Below, piece by piece: positions 62,748-64,000 of a stretch of DNA of 64,000 nucleotides. The position numbers were made by a program, and so were the translations under genes. Under the pieces are notes generated by a model, which saw only the letters and a program-made list of their open reading frames with translations, searched no databases and had not been told where the DNA came from. Origin of the DNA: Diadema antillarum (Eukaryota). The stretch lies in NCBI RefSeq assembly GCF_040938485.1, contig NW_027271848.1:310001-374000 (forward strand). The letters run 5' to 3'. The first letter of the stretch is position 1. Every line of letters begins with the position of its first letter.

Positions 62748-63631
62748 ATATCATTGAAGTAGACAATGGCCTTAAGGCAAGATAACTGTAATTTTCTTCA
62801 CCACACTCCTCAGATGTGTGATGATAATAAACTAAATTGCAAAATTGATATTTAAAAAAAAACAATATTCTGCTTTTCTTGAAATAATTTTTTTTTACCA
62901 ACTATGAACTGGGATTCTCATCTATTTTGATTAAAAAAGATATAAAATTCTTATCTCAATGATGATGATAATAATGAGATGAATGTACATAGATGATGTA
63001 TACAGAAGTATACAGATCCAACATCAATCTGTATGCATTGTTTTTTATATGACTTTTCCCATACAAGTAATTTTTACAATACAACATGCATTAATTAAAC
63101 AACTGCTACAACAGTTTATAAAACAAACAGAAGATCCCACAGTTTATGTTTTGAATAAGCTCTAGAAGACACGTTCAATATCCTTACTGCAGTGCTATAA
63201 CAAGTAACAGGACAAACAAACACAAACAAACACTCTACATATTCTCTTTACACTCTTTAAAACGCACACAGGGGAAAGACAAAAAAGTGTGCATACCGGC
63301 AAGCAAACCTGATCCATGGGAAAAGCACAGAATCTCAGAAGAGGGGAAAATCTCTGCATAATGCAGACCATTAGAAGGTATTTCATCTATTTATAGAAGG
63401 GAAATTATAATTTTGTGATCAAGGGTACATCGAGATGCATCAGTAATGCAGTATGGATACACCAAGTACTTTGTGAAACAGACTCACGGGTTGAACTAAA
63501 TCACCATCTTCTGCCCAGATGGGAGGAAAAAAGTCAGGCATACCACTGTGCTATAAACATGAACATCCACACAAAAAAGAAAAACTAACAAGTACTTGTA
63601 ACATGTTTTGTCTTGTGTGTGTGTGTGTGCG

Positions 63632-63664
<33 letters not shown>

Positions 63665-63693
63665 TTACCTGTACAGCTACCTTACAGTGTTAA

Positions 63694-63900
63694 AGGGATG
63701 GTATAGTACTGGTGGAGATGATGATTGAGCTTTTAACTCTTTGCGAGATACTAGGACACTATTTATGAAATGATACAGAACATACCACTCTAAAAATGAG
63801 GAATTCAAAGTTTATTTGATGAAAATCACTTTTTAATTAATGTCAATGTCAATGTTTGTTTCTTCATAGATGAAGTCAATACTTCCAGGTATTCACATGA
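63694..63900. mobile_element. Left part of a diverged copy of the 29536 family
   Basis: TTAA|AGGGATGGTATAGTACTGGTGGAGATG and shared tttatttgatgaaaat. Confidence 0.6.
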
Positions 63901-64000
63901 TGGGCATACAACTCAAACAGACTACTAGTGTGTATTGAATCTTTACCTTAAAATATTTTCTGCCCCAATTCCCACTGATAAATAACACTTTCATCTGGGA

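Noticed and set aside
60683-64000. Search for the initiating exon (MLIKEYR-like)
   Set aside because: No matching peptide was found in any frame; the cag|gtttgc site near 63308 has no coding match, so the exon is outside the window

Overview
This is animal genomic DNA, AT-rich and repeat-dense, with four N gaps. The repeat families suggest an invertebrate deuterostome such as an echinoderm, but that is inference. One minus-strand gene dominates the window: a membrane-associated class IIA phosphatidylinositol transfer protein (rdgB / PITPNM / Nir family). I traced 20 coding exons from 60682 down to a TGA at 17651. All have GT-AG boundaries with consistent phases and total 3942 nt (1313 aa plus stop), covering the PITP domain, FFAT motif, DDHD region and LNS2 domain. 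The start-codon exon lies beyond 64000. Roughly 7-17.6 kb may be a very long 3' UTR, and 1-7 kb is a nested transposon cluster. Non-autonomous DNA elements, two HINE-like elements, SINEs and a LINE fragment account for most other structure. The best leads are three unmodelled exon candidates around the FFAT motif, multiple canonical RFX X-boxes, and long hairpin elements inside the transcription unit. All of these are hypotheses that need RNA or comparative data. I found no convincing wholly novel system.
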